From positions 200,843-264,842 of the forward strand of contig CAXPTW010000024.1 of NCBI GenBank assembly GCA_964220165.1: DNA of 64,000 nt. Reading direction: 5' to 3'. The notes beneath the pieces were generated by a model. That model worked only from the letters and a program-made list of their open reading frames with translations, did no database searches and was not told the DNA's origin. The position numbers and the translations under genes were made by a program. This document shows, in pieces, positions 36,875-50,149 of this stretch (within the stretch, counting starts at the first letter, position 1; the number at the start of each line of letters is the position of its first letter). The DNA is from Abyssibacter sp. GTDB lineage: Bacteria; Pseudomonadota; Alphaproteobacteria; Rhodobacterales; Rhodobacteraceae.

Positions 36875-38402
36875 CCGCCGCGCCCAACCCCGCAGATGCC
36901 GCACCACCCATGAACAGCCAAACGGCCTGCCAGGCTTTGGAGCGCGGTTTGACCGGGTTGGTTTCCTGCGATCCGGCGACCAAGAGGTTCTCAGCGATCT
37001 TTGGAAGTCGTGGCCCGAAGCGCGCAAGAACTTGCGCGGTGCGCCACAGATCGCGGCTGAGCGCACGCGGACCAATGTTGGTCTTGATGTAATCTTCGAC
37101 CACGGGTTTGGCGACTTCCCAAATGTTGATATGCGGGTCGAGAGAGCGCGATACGCCCTCAACAACAACCATGGTGCGTTGAAGGAGGATCAGCTCGGTG
37201 CGGGTCTGCATCCCGAACCTTTCCGTCACCTCGAAGAGATAGGACAGAAGGCGCGCCATGGAGATGCGGCTGGCATCCATGCCAAAGATCGGGTCGCCCA
37301 CGGCCCGCAACGCACGGGCAAACTCATCGACGTCACGATCCGCCGGGACATAGCCTGCCTCGAAATGGACCTCGGCGACGCGTTTGTAGTCTTTTTTGAT
37401 AAAACCGTACAAAATCTCGGCGTAAACACGTCGTGTATACTCATCGAGCGCGCCCATGATCCCGAAATCGAGCGCGATCACATCGCCATTGGCCGCAATC
37501 TTGAGGTTGCCGTGGTGCATGTCGGCGTGGAAAAACCCGTCGCGCAAGGCGTGGCGCAGGAACATCTGGAGCACACGTTGACCGAGGGCCGCGCGATCAT
37601 GTCCGGCGGCAATGATCGCGTCGATGTCGGAGGCGGTGATGCCCTCCACCCATTCAAGCGTCATCACGCGGCGGGAGGACAAGGCCCAATCCACGGCGGG
37701 CACTGAGAAGCCCTCGTCGCCAGTAATGTTCGCGGCGAATTCCGAGGCGGAGGCGCTTTCGAGCCGGAGATCCAGCTCGCCATGCACGACACCTTCGAAA
37801 TGGGCGATCACATCGGTCGGGCGTAGGCGGCGCGACGCGGGCGAAAACATTTCGATGATGGAGGCCGCGAAATAGAAGGCGTCGATGTCCTTGCGGAAGG
37901 CTTTCTCAATACCAGGACGAAGCACTTTGACGGCAACGGGCTGACCCGTGTCGGCGCGCGTCGCTTTGTGCACCTGCGCGATGGAGGCGGCGGCGACGGG
38001 TTCGGAAAACTCAGAGAACAGCTCGCTCAGAGGGAAGCCAAGTTCCGCCTCGACGGTCTTGATCGCCCGATCACGCGGGAAGGGCGGAAGACGGTCTTGG
38101 AGCATCCGGAGTTGCTGCGCGAGTTCGGTGCCGACGACATCGGGACGCGTCGACAGGATTTGACCGAATTTGATGTAGGCGGGCCCAAGCGCGGTGATCG
38201 CGCGCGTGACGGGCGGAAGATTGGGATCGCCCTTATAGCCAAGCCACCGGAACGGCCAGACAACGGTGCGGGCAAAGATGCGAAAGGCACGCGGGGCCTC
38301 CATCGCATCCATGGCTTGGCGCATGGCACCAGTCCGCTCCATGGTCGCGCCGGTGCGAATGAGGCGCCAAATGTTGTGAGGTCCGCGCATTAGATTTTCC
38401 AC
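36855..38402 (-). CDS. ubiB: Ubiquinone biosynthesis protein UbiB (ABC1 atypical kinase)
   Basis: 515 aa with [30 protein letters not shown] and [11 protein letters not shown] motifs and C-terminal TM segments. Follows ubiE. Confidence 0.9.
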   Translation of the reverse strand: MENLMRGPHNIWRLIRTGATMERTGAMRQAMDAMEAPRAFRIFARTVVWPFRWLGYKGDPNLPPVTRAITALGPAYIKFGQILSTRPDVVGTELAQQLRMLQDRLPPFPRDRAIKTVEAELGFPLSELFSEFSEPVAAASIAQVHKATRADTGQPVAVKVLRPGIEKAFRKDIDAFYFAASIIEMFSPASRRLRPTDVIAHFEGVVHGELDLRLESASASEFAANITGDEGFSVPAVDWALSSRRVMTLEWVEGITASDIDAIIAAGHDRAALGQRVLQMFLRHALRDGFFHADMHHGNLKIAANGDVIALDFGIMGALDEYTRRVYAEILYGFIKKDYKRVAEVHFEAGYVPADRDVDEFARALRAVGDPIFGMDASRISMARLLSYLFEVTERFGMQTRTELILLQRTMVVVEGVSRSLDPHINIWEVAKPVVEDYIKTNIGPRALSRDLWRTAQVLARFGPRLPKIAENLLVAGSQETNPVKPRSKAWQAVWLFMGGAASAGLGAAVMALWY

Positions 38403-39139
38403 CCGGTGTGGAGTGCGGCAATGCCCAAGGACAGATTGCGATAGGAGACATTCGCGAAGCCAGCGGTGCGGATCATCGCGGCAAAGGTGTCCTGATCGGG
38501 GAATTTGCGGATGCTTTCCACGAGGTACTGATAGCTGTCCTTATCGCCGGCAATTACCTGCCCCATGCGGGGGATGACGTTAAAGGAATAGAGATCGTAG
38601 GCTTTTTGCATCATCGGGTTCGGCAATTGCGAGAATTCGAGCACCATGAGCCGCCCACCCGGTTTCAGAACGCGGTAGGCCTCGGAGAGGGCGTCCTCCA
38701 CGCGGGTGACGTTCCGAATGCCGAAGGAGATCGTGTAAACGTCGAATTGATTGTCCTCGAACGGCAAGGCCATCGCATCGCCCGTGACCCAAGACAGATC
38801 GTCGGCCATCTGTTCGGCCTCGGCGCGTTTGCGGCCCTCAACCAGCATGGATTCTGTCATGTCGAGGACGACAGAGGTGGCCCCCGGTGCGCGTTTCAGG
38901 AAGCGAAAGGAAATGTCGCCCGTGCCGCCCGCCACGTCCAAAAGACGTTGATTGGGCCGCGGGGCAAGCCAGTCCATCATCGCATCTTTCCAGACGCGGT
39001 GGATGCCCATGGACATCACATCGTTCATGATATCGTATTTCGAAGCGACGGAGGTAAAGACCCCATGGACCATCCCAGCCTTTTGATCCTCGGCGACATC
39101 TTTAAAGCCGAAATGGGTGGTTTTGCCGTTCTCGCTCAT
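38390..39139 (-). CDS. ubiE: Ubiquinone/menaquinone C-methyltransferase UbiE
   Basis: Start at ATG 39139 ([15 protein letters not shown]...[25 protein letters not shown]). SAM motif [10 protein letters not shown]. Confidence 0.9.
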   Translation of the reverse strand: MSENGKTTHFGFKDVAEDQKAGMVHGVFTSVASKYDIMNDVMSMGIHRVWKDAMMDWLAPRPNQRLLDVAGGTGDISFRFLKRAPGATSVVLDMTESMLVEGRKRAEAEQMADDLSWVTGDAMALPFEDNQFDVYTISFGIRNVTRVEDALSEAYRVLKPGGRLMVLEFSQLPNPMMQKAYDLYSFNVIPRMGQVIAGDKDSYQYLVESIRKFPDQDTFAAMIRTAGFANVSYRNLSLGIAALHTGWKI

Positions 39140-39225
39140 CGCTCTTGAACCTTTCTCGAAACTCACCCTTCTTATAGGCCTCAACGCGGGCATGACAATC
39201 GCATGTCGTCAACACGAGGATCGAA

Positions 39226-40077
39226 ATGCCGGAATTACCAGAGGTCGAGACGGTTCGTCGCGGGTTAGAACCGTCCATGTCGGGTGAGCGGATTATTCAG
39301 GCCGATGTGAACCGGCCCGATCTGCGCTGGCCCTTCCCGGAGCGGATGGCGGAGCGGCTGACCGGCGCGCGCGTGGAGCGGCTCCGGCGGCGGTCGAAAT
39401 ACATTCTGGCCGATCTAGACACAGAGGAGACGCTTTTGATCCATCTGGGTATGTCCGGGCGGATGACGGTCTCTGGCGATCCTCTCGGGCAATTTGTCCA
39501 CGACCACCCGGCGGCGGAGAAACACGATCATGTGGTGTTTCACATGGCCAACGGTGCGCGGATCACCTTTAACGACCCCCGCCGCTTTGGTGCGATGGAT
39601 TTGATGCCGACGAGCGCCGAGCACGAACATCCGCTGTTGGCGAAACTTGGACCCGAACCCTTGGGCAACGCGTTTCATGAGGCCTATCTCGTCCAGGCGT
39701 TCAAGACCAAGAACACGCCGATCAAATCGGCCCTTTTGGATCAGCATATCGTGGCGGGGCTCGGTAATATCTATGTCTGTGAGGCGCTGTTTCGGGCGGG
39801 AATTCACCCGACGCGCAAGGCGTCCCGGATTTCGGCGACACGGATCGCGAGTCTTGTGCCGATCATTCGCGACGTCTTGTCCGAGGCGATCGCGGCGGGT
39901 GGATCGTCGCTTCGGGATTATCGTCAGGCAGATGGAGAGCTAGGGTATTTCCAACATAGTTTCAGTGTCTATGGCCGTGAGGGTGACCCCTGCGTGACAC
40001 CCGGATGCACGGACAAGGTCAAGCGGATCGTGCAATCTGGCCGATCCACTTTCTTTTGCTCGACCTGCCAAAGATGA
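39226..40077 (+). CDS. mutM: Formamidopyrimidine-DNA glycosylase
   Basis: N-terminal [14 protein letters not shown], the H2TH region and a C-terminal zinc finger C..C...C..C ([27 protein letters not shown]). Confidence 0.92.
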   Translation: MPELPEVETVRRGLEPSMSGERIIQADVNRPDLRWPFPERMAERLTGARVERLRRRSKYILADLDTEETLLIHLGMSGRMTVSGDPLGQFVHDHPAAEKHDHVVFHMANGARITFNDPRRFGAMDLMPTSAEHEHPLLAKLGPEPLGNAFHEAYLVQAFKTKNTPIKSALLDQHIVAGLGNIYVCEALFRAGIHPTRKASRISATRIASLVPIIRDVLSEAIAAGGSSLRDYRQADGELGYFQHSFSVYGREGDPCVTPGCTDKVKRIVQSGRSTFFCSTCQR

Positions 40078-40138
40078 CTTGATCGCTTGGGGCGAGATGT
40101 TAGGACTCCGGGACAGTCATTTCAGACCGGAGAGATCC

Positions 40139-40915
40139 ATGGCCTATAAAACGCTTCTGATTGAGACAAAGAATTCTGTTCAAGTGATCAAGCTGAACCG
40201 TCCCGAGGCGTTGAATGCGTTGAATTCGGAGCTTTTGGGGGAACTGGCAGACGCGCTGGAAAAGGCGGAGACCGACGCCAAGGTTCGCGCCATCGTGATC
40301 ACCGGCTCGGAAAAGGCCTTTGCCGCAGGGGCGGACATCAAGGAAATGTCGGACAAGACCTACGCGGAGATGGCGCAGGACAACTTTTTCTTTGCGAATG
40401 CGGAGAGGATCACCGCAACGCGCAAACCCGTGATCGCTGCCGTGGCCGGCTATGCGTTGGGCGGGGGCTGCGAATTGGCGATGATCTGCGACATTCTTAT
40501 TGCGGCGGACACGGCCAAATTCGGCCAGCCGGAGATCAATCTCGGGATCATACCGGGGATCGGTGGGACTCAACGTCTCGCCCACGCGGTGGGCAAAGCC
40601 AAAGCCATGGAGATGATCCTCACAGGCCGCTTTATGGATGCCGAAGAGGCGGAACGCGCCGGTCTCGTGTCCCGGATCGTGCCCGCGAAAAAACTGATGG
40701 ACGAGGCGCTAAGCGCGGCCGAGAAAATCGCGGAGAAAAGCCTCCTGGCGACGGCGGCCGCGAAAGAGGCGGTGAACCGCGCGTTTGAGGTCTCCTTGAG
40801 CGAAGGCGCCTTGTTCGAGCGCCAGAGTTTCCAAGGCCTCTTTGCCACGGAAGACCAGAAAGAAGGCATGGCCGCCTTTCAGGAAAAACGCGAACCGCAG
40901 TTCCGGGACAGGTGA
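40139..40915 (+). CDS. Enoyl-CoA hydratase (crotonase family)
   Basis: Start at ATG 40139. Contains [14 protein letters not shown]...[17 protein letters not shown]...[23 protein letters not shown], the classic crotonase fold motifs. Confidence 0.88.
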   Translation: MAYKTLLIETKNSVQVIKLNRPEALNALNSELLGELADALEKAETDAKVRAIVITGSEKAFAAGADIKEMSDKTYAEMAQDNFFFANAERITATRKPVIAAVAGYALGGGCELAMICDILIAADTAKFGQPEINLGIIPGIGGTQRLAHAVGKAKAMEMILTGRFMDAEEAERAGLVSRIVPAKKLMDEALSAAEKIAEKSLLATAAAKEAVNRAFEVSLSEGALFERQSFQGLFATEDQKEGMAAFQEKREPQFRDR

Positions 40916-41074
40916 TCCGGTAAAAAGAGGCTTCCCTTTTGAGAGATTCTCCCTTAAGGGGACGCCTTACATGCGCGTGGAGCCCGCTTAGGCTATGATT
41001 GACCTGCCCCGAAGGGGTCTTGGGGTCCGTGTGCTCATCAGATTTAGAAACACGACCTCGAAGAGGAAAATATC

Positions 41075-41338
41075 ATGGCAAATTCGCCCCAGTCCAAAAA
41101 ACGCGCTCGTCAGTCGCTTCGTCGCAACGACGTGAATAAAGCCCGTCGTTCCCGCATCCGCACCTACCTCCGCAAAGTGGAAGAAGCCATCGCCTCCGGC
41201 GATCAGGCTGCTGCTCAGGCTGCTCTGAAAGACGCCCAGCCGGAACTGATGCGCGGCGTGACCAAAGGAGTTGTTCACAAGAACACCGCCTCCCGCAAAA
41301 TGTCCCGTCTGTCTTCCCGCGTGAAGGCCCTCGGCTAA
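41075..41338 (+). CDS. rpsT: 30S ribosomal protein S20
   Basis: 87 aa, basic. The sequence [39 protein letters not shown] matches S20. Confidence 0.92.
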   Translation: MANSPQSKKRARQSLRRNDVNKARRSRIRTYLRKVEEAIASGDQAAAQAALKDAQPELMRGVTKGVVHKNTASRKMSRLSSRVKALG

Positions 41339-41365
41339 GACGTTCTTGAACGTCGAGACTTTGCG

Positions 41366-41392
41366 AAAGCGCGCCCCAGGGCGCGCTTTTTT
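41366..41392 (+). terminator. Rho-independent terminator after rpsT
   Basis: AAAGCGCGCC-CCAG-GGCGCGCTTTTTT: a GC stem of at least 7 bp followed by a T6 run, 28 nt after the stop. Confidence 0.7.
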
Positions 41393-42123
41393 GTGTCGTT
41401 TTGCGCGGTTTTTATGCAGGAAATGTTTCGCAATTGCAGCGAATCTATGAGGGCTGAGGCGGCTAGCAAAATCTCCATATTTTGCACAAGCCCCCTCAAA
41501 CCGGCTTTTGATCATGTCGTAAAATTTGAGGCAAAAGCGCCACGTCTAGACCCGAGTTATTGGGCTTTTTGGATTCGGTTTCAGTAAAGAGAGAGTCAAG
41601 CGCGAAGATAGATTGCGACTCTGTCTGGCGGATTGCTAGCTTGCCCTTGCGATTCACAATCGTCTTGGGGGGACATTCAAGGATCGTGTCACGTATGTTG
41701 AAAAAGGACCGACGGGGAAATCTGCCTTTCTCCGACAAGTCGCTCTTTTTCAAACGGGCATGATTTTGAAGCTGCAATCCAGTTGGGGTACTGGAGTGTG
41801 GTTGGTTCGGTTTTTCTCACCCAGGTGAGAGATAATCAGATCTGTCCAGATAAGACGCCCGTGCAAGAGTTCGTGACGATACCGATGAAGGGTGAGGTCT
41901 TTGTCGGAATATATCATGCGGACACCTGTAAGGGCACGCGAGAGAGGCACATTGCGCCGGTCGACATGGTGAGGATGTCGATTTGCCGGACGTATAGTCT
42001 TTGCCTGCTCACCCGAGACGACCCGAGGCGCAAGAGCCATGGTTCAGGCTGAAAGCCTGAGCCCGGTACCGAAGCCAAAATTCGGTGCTGTTCAAAAACA
42101 ATAATTTGGGTCGAAAAAAGAAG

Positions 42124-43530
42124 ATGAAAAACGATACGTGGGGACGTGTTAAGCAGCAACTTCTCGAAAGCGTGGGACGTAACAACTACGCAAACTGGAT
42201 CGAGCCGCTGGAATTGAAAAAAGTCGATAATGGTGTGGCCGTATTCTCCGTGCCGACCAGCTTTATGGCAAACTGGGTGTCTCGAAACTTTGCGGATACG
42301 ATTCTCACCCATCTGAAAGCGGCGAACTCCGCGACCAACCGGGTCGAGTTCCTCGTTGAAGCCCAAGCGCCGCAACCTGCCGCGCAGACTGAGGCCGATA
42401 GCGCGTCTGCGCCCATGAAGTCTTCTGTGAAATCTCCTGTCAAATCGTCTGAAACCGTCGCCGTTGAGGCATCGACAGGCGAGGACAATCTGCCCGGTGC
42501 CCCGCTTGACCCGCGCTTTACCTTTGACAACTTTGTCGTCGGCAAGCCGAACGAACTGGCCCATGCCGCCGCGCGTCGCGTGGCCGAAGGGGGTCCCGTC
42601 ACCTTTAATCCGCTGTTTCTTTACGGCGGCGTTGGTCTCGGTAAAACCCACTTGATGCACGCCATCGCACATGAAATCCGGGAACGCAGCCCGGAGAAGA
42701 AGGTGCTGTATCTCTCGGCAGAACAGTTCATGTACCGGTTTGTTCAGGCGCTCCGTGACCGCCAGATGATCGACTTCAAACAGCTGTTTCGCTCTGTGGA
42801 TGTGCTTATGGTCGATGACGTTCAGTTCATCGCTGGCAAAGACAGCACGCAAGAAGAGTTCTTTCACACGTTCAACGCGCTTGTGGATCAGAACAAACAG
42901 ATCATCATCTCCGCCGACCGTGCGCCGGGTGAGATTCAAGGCCTCGAAGATCGGATCAAATCGCGTCTGCAATGCGGTCTGGTGGTTGACCTGCACCCGA
43001 CCGATTACGAGCTTCGGCTCGGCATCCTTCAGACCAAGGCCGAAGTGTACCGCGCCCAATATCCGGGCCTGAGCTTTGCTGACGGCGTGCTTGAATTCCT
43101 CGCGCACCGGATTTCCACCAACGTGCGCGTGCTCGAAGGGGCCTTGATGCGTCTCTTTGCCTTCGCGTCTCTCGTGGGGCGTGAAATCTCGCTCGATCTG
43201 ACCCAGGAATGTCTCTCCGACATCTTGAAAGCCTCCGAGCGTAAGGTCACCGTCGAGGAAATTCAGCGCAAAGTGTCGGAGCATTACGCCATCCGCCTCT
43301 CCGACATGATCGGCCCCAAGCGTGTGCGCTCCATCGCGCGTCCGCGTCAGGTGGCGATGTATTTGTCGAAACAGCTCACCGCGCGCTCCTTGCCAGAGAT
43401 TGGGCGGCGATTTGGCGGCCGCGACCATACCACAGTGATGCACGGGGTTCGCCGGATCGAAGAGCTAAAATCGACCGACAGCCAGATCGCGGATGACGTG
43501 GAAATGCTGCGCCGCGCGCTTGAGGCCTGA
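42124..43530 (+). CDS. dnaA: Chromosomal replication initiator DnaA
   Basis: AAA+ Walker A LFLYGGVGLGKTHLMHA, Walker B VLMVDDVQF and the C-terminal DNA-binding domain GGRDHTTVMHGVRRIEEL. I prefer ATG 42124 over GTG 42085. Confidence 0.95.
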   Translation: MKNDTWGRVKQQLLESVGRNNYANWIEPLELKKVDNGVAVFSVPTSFMANWVSRNFADTILTHLKAANSATNRVEFLVEAQAPQPAAQTEADSASAPMKSSVKSPVKSSETVAVEASTGEDNLPGAPLDPRFTFDNFVVGKPNELAHAAARRVAEGGPVTFNPLFLYGGVGLGKTHLMHAIAHEIRERSPEKKVLYLSAEQFMYRFVQALRDRQMIDFKQLFRSVDVLMVDDVQFIAGKDSTQEEFFHTFNALVDQNKQIIISADRAPGEIQGLEDRIKSRLQCGLVVDLHPTDYELRLGILQTKAEVYRAQYPGLSFADGVLEFLAHRISTNVRVLEGALMRLFAFASLVGREISLDLTQECLSDILKASERKVTVEEIQRKVSEHYAIRLSDMIGPKRVRSIARPRQVAMYLSKQLTARSLPEIGRRFGGRDHTTVMHGVRRIEELKSTDSQIADDVEMLRRALEA

Positions 43531-43705
43531 TCATCAGGCAAAATGAGTCTAATCTGCTGCACCGCCGCGACTTTCGTCATTGGCGGTGTTTGCGTCTCTT
43601 GACGAGACACCGGACAAACAACACAGTCCGGGGAAACAAACTATTGCGCCCGGCGGTGGATCGTTTACCTTTCTCCCCCCGGCCAGTGAGACATGCGAGG
43701 GTGGT

Positions 43706-44824
43706 ATGAAAATCAGCATCGAACGCGCGACGCTTTTGAAAGCTGTCGGTCAGGCGCAATCCGTTGTGGAGCGCCGGAACACCATTCCGATCCTTGCGAA
43801 TGTTTTGATCGAGGCAGAAGGCAACACTGTGTCCTTCCGTGCGACCGATCTCGACATCGAAGTGGTCGACAAATGTGCGGCCATGGTGGAGCGCGCAGGT
43901 GCGACCACGGTGTCGGCCGTAACGCTCCATGAGATTGTCCGCAAATTGCCCGACGGGGCGATGGTCCAGCTCACCGATGACGGTGCCAACGGTCGTCTGA
44001 CAGTGGAGGCCGGTCGATCGAACTTCTCTCTCGCGACCCTGCCGAAAGAAGATTTCCCGGTGATGGCCTCTGCGGAATACGACAGCAACTTTGCCGTCCC
44101 TGCCCCGGTTCTGCGCCGTTTGTTCGACAAGTCGAAATTCGCGATCTCGACCGAGGAAACCCGCTATTACCTGAACGGCGTCTACATGCATGTCTCAGAT
44201 AGCGAAAACGGCAAGGCGCTGCGCTGTGTCGCGACCGACGGTCACCGTTTGGCCCGGATCGACGCGCCGCTGCCCGCAGATGCGGGTGATATGCCTGGCG
44301 TCATCGTGCCGCGCAAAACCGTGGGTGAGCTGCGCAAACTTCTCGATGACGACGACATGACCATCGCCGTGTCCGTCTCTGAGGCGAAAGTGCGCTTCGC
44401 GACGCCGGACATCACACTCACCTCCAAGGTGATCGACGGCACCTTCCCGGATTACTCCCGCGTGATTCCGGTCGGCAACACGCGCCAGCTCGAAGTGGAC
44501 GCCGCCGAGTTCGCCAAGGCGGTCGACCGTGTGGCCACCGTATCCTCCGAGCGCTCCCGCGCGGTCAAACTGACGCTGGAAGAAGACAAACTCACGCTCT
44601 CCGTAAACGCACCCGATAGCGGGGCCGCGGAAGAAGAGTTGGCGGTTGCCTACAACGACGAACGCCTGGAGATCGGGTTCAACGCGAAATACCTCTTGGA
44701 AATCGCGTCTCAGGTGGACCGCGAAAATGCGGTGTTCTTGTTCAACTCCTCCGGCGATCCGACCCTGATGCGCGAAGGTGGCGACACCTCGGCGGTCTAT
44801 GTCGTTATGCCGATGCGGGTGTGA
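43706..44824 (+). CDS. dnaN: DNA polymerase III beta sliding clamp
   Basis: Start at ATG 43706 (MKISIERATLLKAVGQAQSVVERRNTIPILANVLIEA). 372 aa. Ends in ...VYVVMPMRV. Confidence 0.95.
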   Translation: MKISIERATLLKAVGQAQSVVERRNTIPILANVLIEAEGNTVSFRATDLDIEVVDKCAAMVERAGATTVSAVTLHEIVRKLPDGAMVQLTDDGANGRLTVEAGRSNFSLATLPKEDFPVMASAEYDSNFAVPAPVLRRLFDKSKFAISTEETRYYLNGVYMHVSDSENGKALRCVATDGHRLARIDAPLPADAGDMPGVIVPRKTVGELRKLLDDDDMTIAVSVSEAKVRFATPDITLTSKVIDGTFPDYSRVIPVGNTRQLEVDAAEFAKAVDRVATVSSERSRAVKLTLEEDKLTLSVNAPDSGAAEEELAVAYNDERLEIGFNAKYLLEIASQVDRENAVFLFNSSGDPTLMREGGDTSAVYVVMPMRV

Positions 44825-44858
44825 GTATTTTCGTCTGCAATGAATACAGAGAGATGCG

Positions 44859-45965
44859 ATGGGCGGCCTGTTCATAGAAGAGCTGAGCCTGTCGCATTTC
44901 CGCTCTCACAAGGCCGCGCGTTTGGAACTGGACGGGCGGCCTGTTGCTATTTGGGGCGAAAACGGCGCGGGCAAGACCAACATCCTTGAGGCGGTCTCAT
45001 TGTTGTCTCCCGGACGCGGCATGCGGCGGGCGGCGCCAGAAGAGATGGCGCGCAAGCCCGAGAACCTCGGCTGGAAAGTCCGTGCGGAGCTTCAGTCGCT
45101 GCATCAGTTTCATGAGGTTGAGACCACGGCTGAGCCGGGAGCCTCCCGAACGGTTCAGATTGACGGGAAAACCAGCGCGCAGATCGCGCTTGGGCGGATC
45201 GCGCGGGTGGTTTGGCTCATCCCGGCGATGGATCGGCTTTGGATCGAAGGGGCCGAAGGGCGACGGCGGTTTCTCGACCGGATGGTGATGTCATTCGAGC
45301 CGCGCCATGCGGAGAGCGTTTTGGCCTATGAAAAGGCCATGCGGGAACGCAATCGGCTGTTGAAAGACATGGTGAGGGACGCGCATTGGTATGCCGCGCT
45401 TGAGACGCAAATGGCGGAGCACGGTGCGGCGATGATGCGGCATCGTTTTGCCGCTTTGTTGCGTATTGCCGAGGCGCAGGACGGGGCAGAAACGGCCTTT
45501 CCTGCGGCGGAGCTGTCGCTCAAAGCCTCAGATGACAAGCCTTTGCCAGAAAGTGCAGAGGATCTCTTGGCTGCGTTTCGTGAGGGTCGGCCTCGTGACT
45601 TGGCGGCGGGGCGGACGCTTGTCGGACCGCACCGCGCCGATCTCGCCGCGATTTACACCAAAAAGGGCGTGCCTGCAGATCAATGTTCAACGGGCGAGCA
45701 AAAGGCGCTTTTGATCTCCCTTATTCTGGCCAATGGACGCGCTCTTGCCGAGGATTTTGGCGCGGCGCCGATTTATCTCCTCGATGAGGTGGCGGCCCAT
45801 CTTGACGCCGGACGCAGAGCCGCTCTTTATGACGAAATCTGTGCCTTGGGCGCGCAGGCGTTTATGACGGGAACCGGGCCGGAATTGTTCGCGGAGCTGG
45901 GCTCTCGGGCCGCACAATTCGAGGTGCAGGATGACGGTGGGCGATCCGTTGTGCGGGAACATTGA
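44859..45965 (+). CDS. recF: DNA replication and repair protein RecF
   Basis: 368 aa. Walker A GENGAGKTNILEA, SMC signature CSTGEQKALLISL and Walker B IYLLDEVAAHLD. Confidence 0.92.
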   Translation: MGGLFIEELSLSHFRSHKAARLELDGRPVAIWGENGAGKTNILEAVSLLSPGRGMRRAAPEEMARKPENLGWKVRAELQSLHQFHEVETTAEPGASRTVQIDGKTSAQIALGRIARVVWLIPAMDRLWIEGAEGRRRFLDRMVMSFEPRHAESVLAYEKAMRERNRLLKDMVRDAHWYAALETQMAEHGAAMMRHRFAALLRIAEAQDGAETAFPAAELSLKASDDKPLPESAEDLLAAFREGRPRDLAAGRTLVGPHRADLAAIYTKKGVPADQCSTGEQKALLISLILANGRALAEDFGAAPIYLLDEVAAHLDAGRRAALYDEICALGAQAFMTGTGPELFAELGSRAAQFEVQDDGGRSVVREH

Positions 45966-46586
45966 ATGACCATTACCTTTGGTGACTTGGGCCTCTATGG
46001 CTTTGCGCTTTTGATTCTGTTTTTGACGCCGGGGCCGGTGTGGCTTGCCGTTTTGGCACGGGGCCTTTCGAGCGGGTTTAGCGGTGTCTGGCCTCTGGCC
46101 CTCGGCGTCGTCATCGGGGATTTTATCTGGGCGCTCCTGGCCATTCTCGGCGTGTCGTGGTTCGTCTCGGAGTTTGACGGGTTTCTCACCGTGCTGCGCT
46201 GGGTCGCGACGGTGATGTTCGTGACCATGGGTATTCTGTTGATCCGCCATGCAGACAAGACCATCGCCTCAGACAGCCGCCTGACCCGACCGGGCATGGT
46301 GGCGGGGTTTGTTGCGGGGTTGATCTGTATCCTCGGCAACCCGAAAGCGATCCTGTTCTACATGGGATTCCTGCCGGGGTTTTTCGATCTGGGAACATTG
46401 AACCGCATGGATATTGCCGCGATTTGTCTCACCTCCGCGATCATTCCCCTGATCGGAAACCTGATACTAGGTGCCTCGATCGGCAAGCTCAGAAGCGTGA
46501 TGTCTTCGCCCAAAGCGCTGCGGCGTCTGAACATCTCGGCGGGCTGTTTGCTCATTTTCGTCGGGCTTGTACTTCCCTTCGTCTAA
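45966..46586 (+). CDS. LysE/RhtB-family amino-acid exporter
   Basis: 206 aa with six TM segments. The N-terminal LFLTPGPVWLAVL motif is typical of LysE translocators. Confidence 0.8.
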   Translation: MTITFGDLGLYGFALLILFLTPGPVWLAVLARGLSSGFSGVWPLALGVVIGDFIWALLAILGVSWFVSEFDGFLTVLRWVATVMFVTMGILLIRHADKTIASDSRLTRPGMVAGFVAGLICILGNPKAILFYMGFLPGFFDLGTLNRMDIAAICLTSAIIPLIGNLILGASIGKLRSVMSSPKALRRLNISAGCLLIFVGLVLPFV

Positions 46587-49103
<2,517 letters not shown>

Positions 49104-49130
49104 CGCGATTGGAATTTCTCAAAAAACAAA

Positions 49131-49160
49131 CGCCTCGCACCTCCGTGCGGGGCGTTTTTG
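49131..49160 (+). terminator. Rho-independent terminator after gyrB
   Basis: CGCCTCGCAC-CTCC-GTGCGGGGCG (10-bp stem with one G-U pair) followed by TTTTT. Confidence 0.7.
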
Positions 49161-49281
49161 CTTAGCCTCATTCATCAATTCGAAAGGATTTTCGCGTTGA
49201 AGTCAGAACGCGGTGCGCCAGGTTTTTCGCAATTCTCTGCGCGTTCAGACACGGGTGGTGGATACGGAAAGGCACTGACAC

Positions 49282-50064
49282 ATGAATTTTGCCCTTTTGA
49301 TTGCGCGTCAAAGGTCTGGCACCGGAGCGATTGGCTCCGTCCTCGATAAACACCCCTCCCTCAAATATCTCGGTGAGGTTTTCCATCCGGGAAACATCGG
49401 TGAGGTGCAGAACTTTTTCACCTATTGTCGGGACCGTGGCGGGTCTGAGCCTGAGCGGCTTTTGCCTGATAACCTCTTTGACCTGTTCCTCGGGTTCATG
49501 GACGAAATGTCCGCCCGCTACCCGGACCGGACACTCATTGTCGACGTGAAATACCGCAGCCTGCATCACCTGAATGGCGGATGGCAGGGATTGGTTCAGC
49601 GCCCCAAAATCCTGCAAGAGGTGATCAATCGGCGACTGCCCATCCTGCATCTGACGCGCAACAATTTCGTGGAGAGCTTTGTCTCCGGCCGTCTCGCCGA
49701 GGAGAACAAAGTCTGGCACGCAAGCAGCGCGGAGAGCATCCGGGTCAGTTCTGTGACCGTCGATATTCGCAATCTGTCGAACTACGTGGTCAACACGGAA
49801 CGCGAAGTTGCGCTGATCCGGGAGTGGACCGGCGGCTATGGCAAGCTGGTCGATTTCGATTATGCCGACATGATGGATGGGGACGGTCATGTCGAGGCCG
49901 GGCTTGCGGAACAGATCGCAAAGACCTTGGGCGTCGCGCCGTTCACGGACCGCGCGCCGAGTTTCGTGAAACAAGCGCCCAGCCACGTCCGCGAGTCCAT
50001 TGAGAATTTTGACCTGGTCAAGCGCGCCTTGAACGGTTCTGGGCACGAATGGATGTTATGTTAA
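49282..50064 (+). CDS. Sulfotransferase-family protein (Stf0-like)
   Basis: 260 aa. N-terminal PAPS 5'-phosphosulfate loop IARQRSGTGAIG, plus LTRNNFVESFVSGRLAEENKVWH resembling the 3'-phosphate-binding motif. Confidence 0.55.
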   Translation: MNFALLIARQRSGTGAIGSVLDKHPSLKYLGEVFHPGNIGEVQNFFTYCRDRGGSEPERLLPDNLFDLFLGFMDEMSARYPDRTLIVDVKYRSLHHLNGGWQGLVQRPKILQEVINRRLPILHLTRNNFVESFVSGRLAEENKVWHASSAESIRVSSVTVDIRNLSNYVVNTEREVALIREWTGGYGKLVDFDYADMMDGDGHVEAGLAEQIAKTLGVAPFTDRAPSFVKQAPSHVRESIENFDLVKRALNGSGHEWMLC

Positions 50065-50075
50065 CCCGGCTTTAA
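50061..50075. promoter_or_regulatory. Perfect TTAA-N7-TTAA (CtrA-box-type) motif upstream of the glycosyltransferase genes
   Basis: TTAACCCGGCTTTAA read directly from the sequence. It overlaps the sulfotransferase stop codon, 75 nt upstream of the 50150 ORF. It was the only perfect TTAA-N7-TTAA I found when scanning the window by eye. Confidence 0.3.
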
Positions 50076-50149
50076 GCATGCGGTCTTAAGACAGATGTTG
50101 ACGCTTAAAAATTGTCTCGAATAAGCACAACATACGATGGAAGGCCCAC

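Noticed and set aside
41339-42123. Calling this spacer the chromosomal origin (oriC)
   Set aside because: I found no consensus DnaA boxes (best match 7 of 9) and no CtrA boxes. In several Alphaproteobacteria oriC is not adjacent to dnaA. I report only the GANTC cluster and leave origin status open.
41914-43443. 509-aa minus-strand ORF
   Set aside because: It is antisense to dnaA, with low-complexity Arg/His/Gly-rich composition. High-GC artefact.
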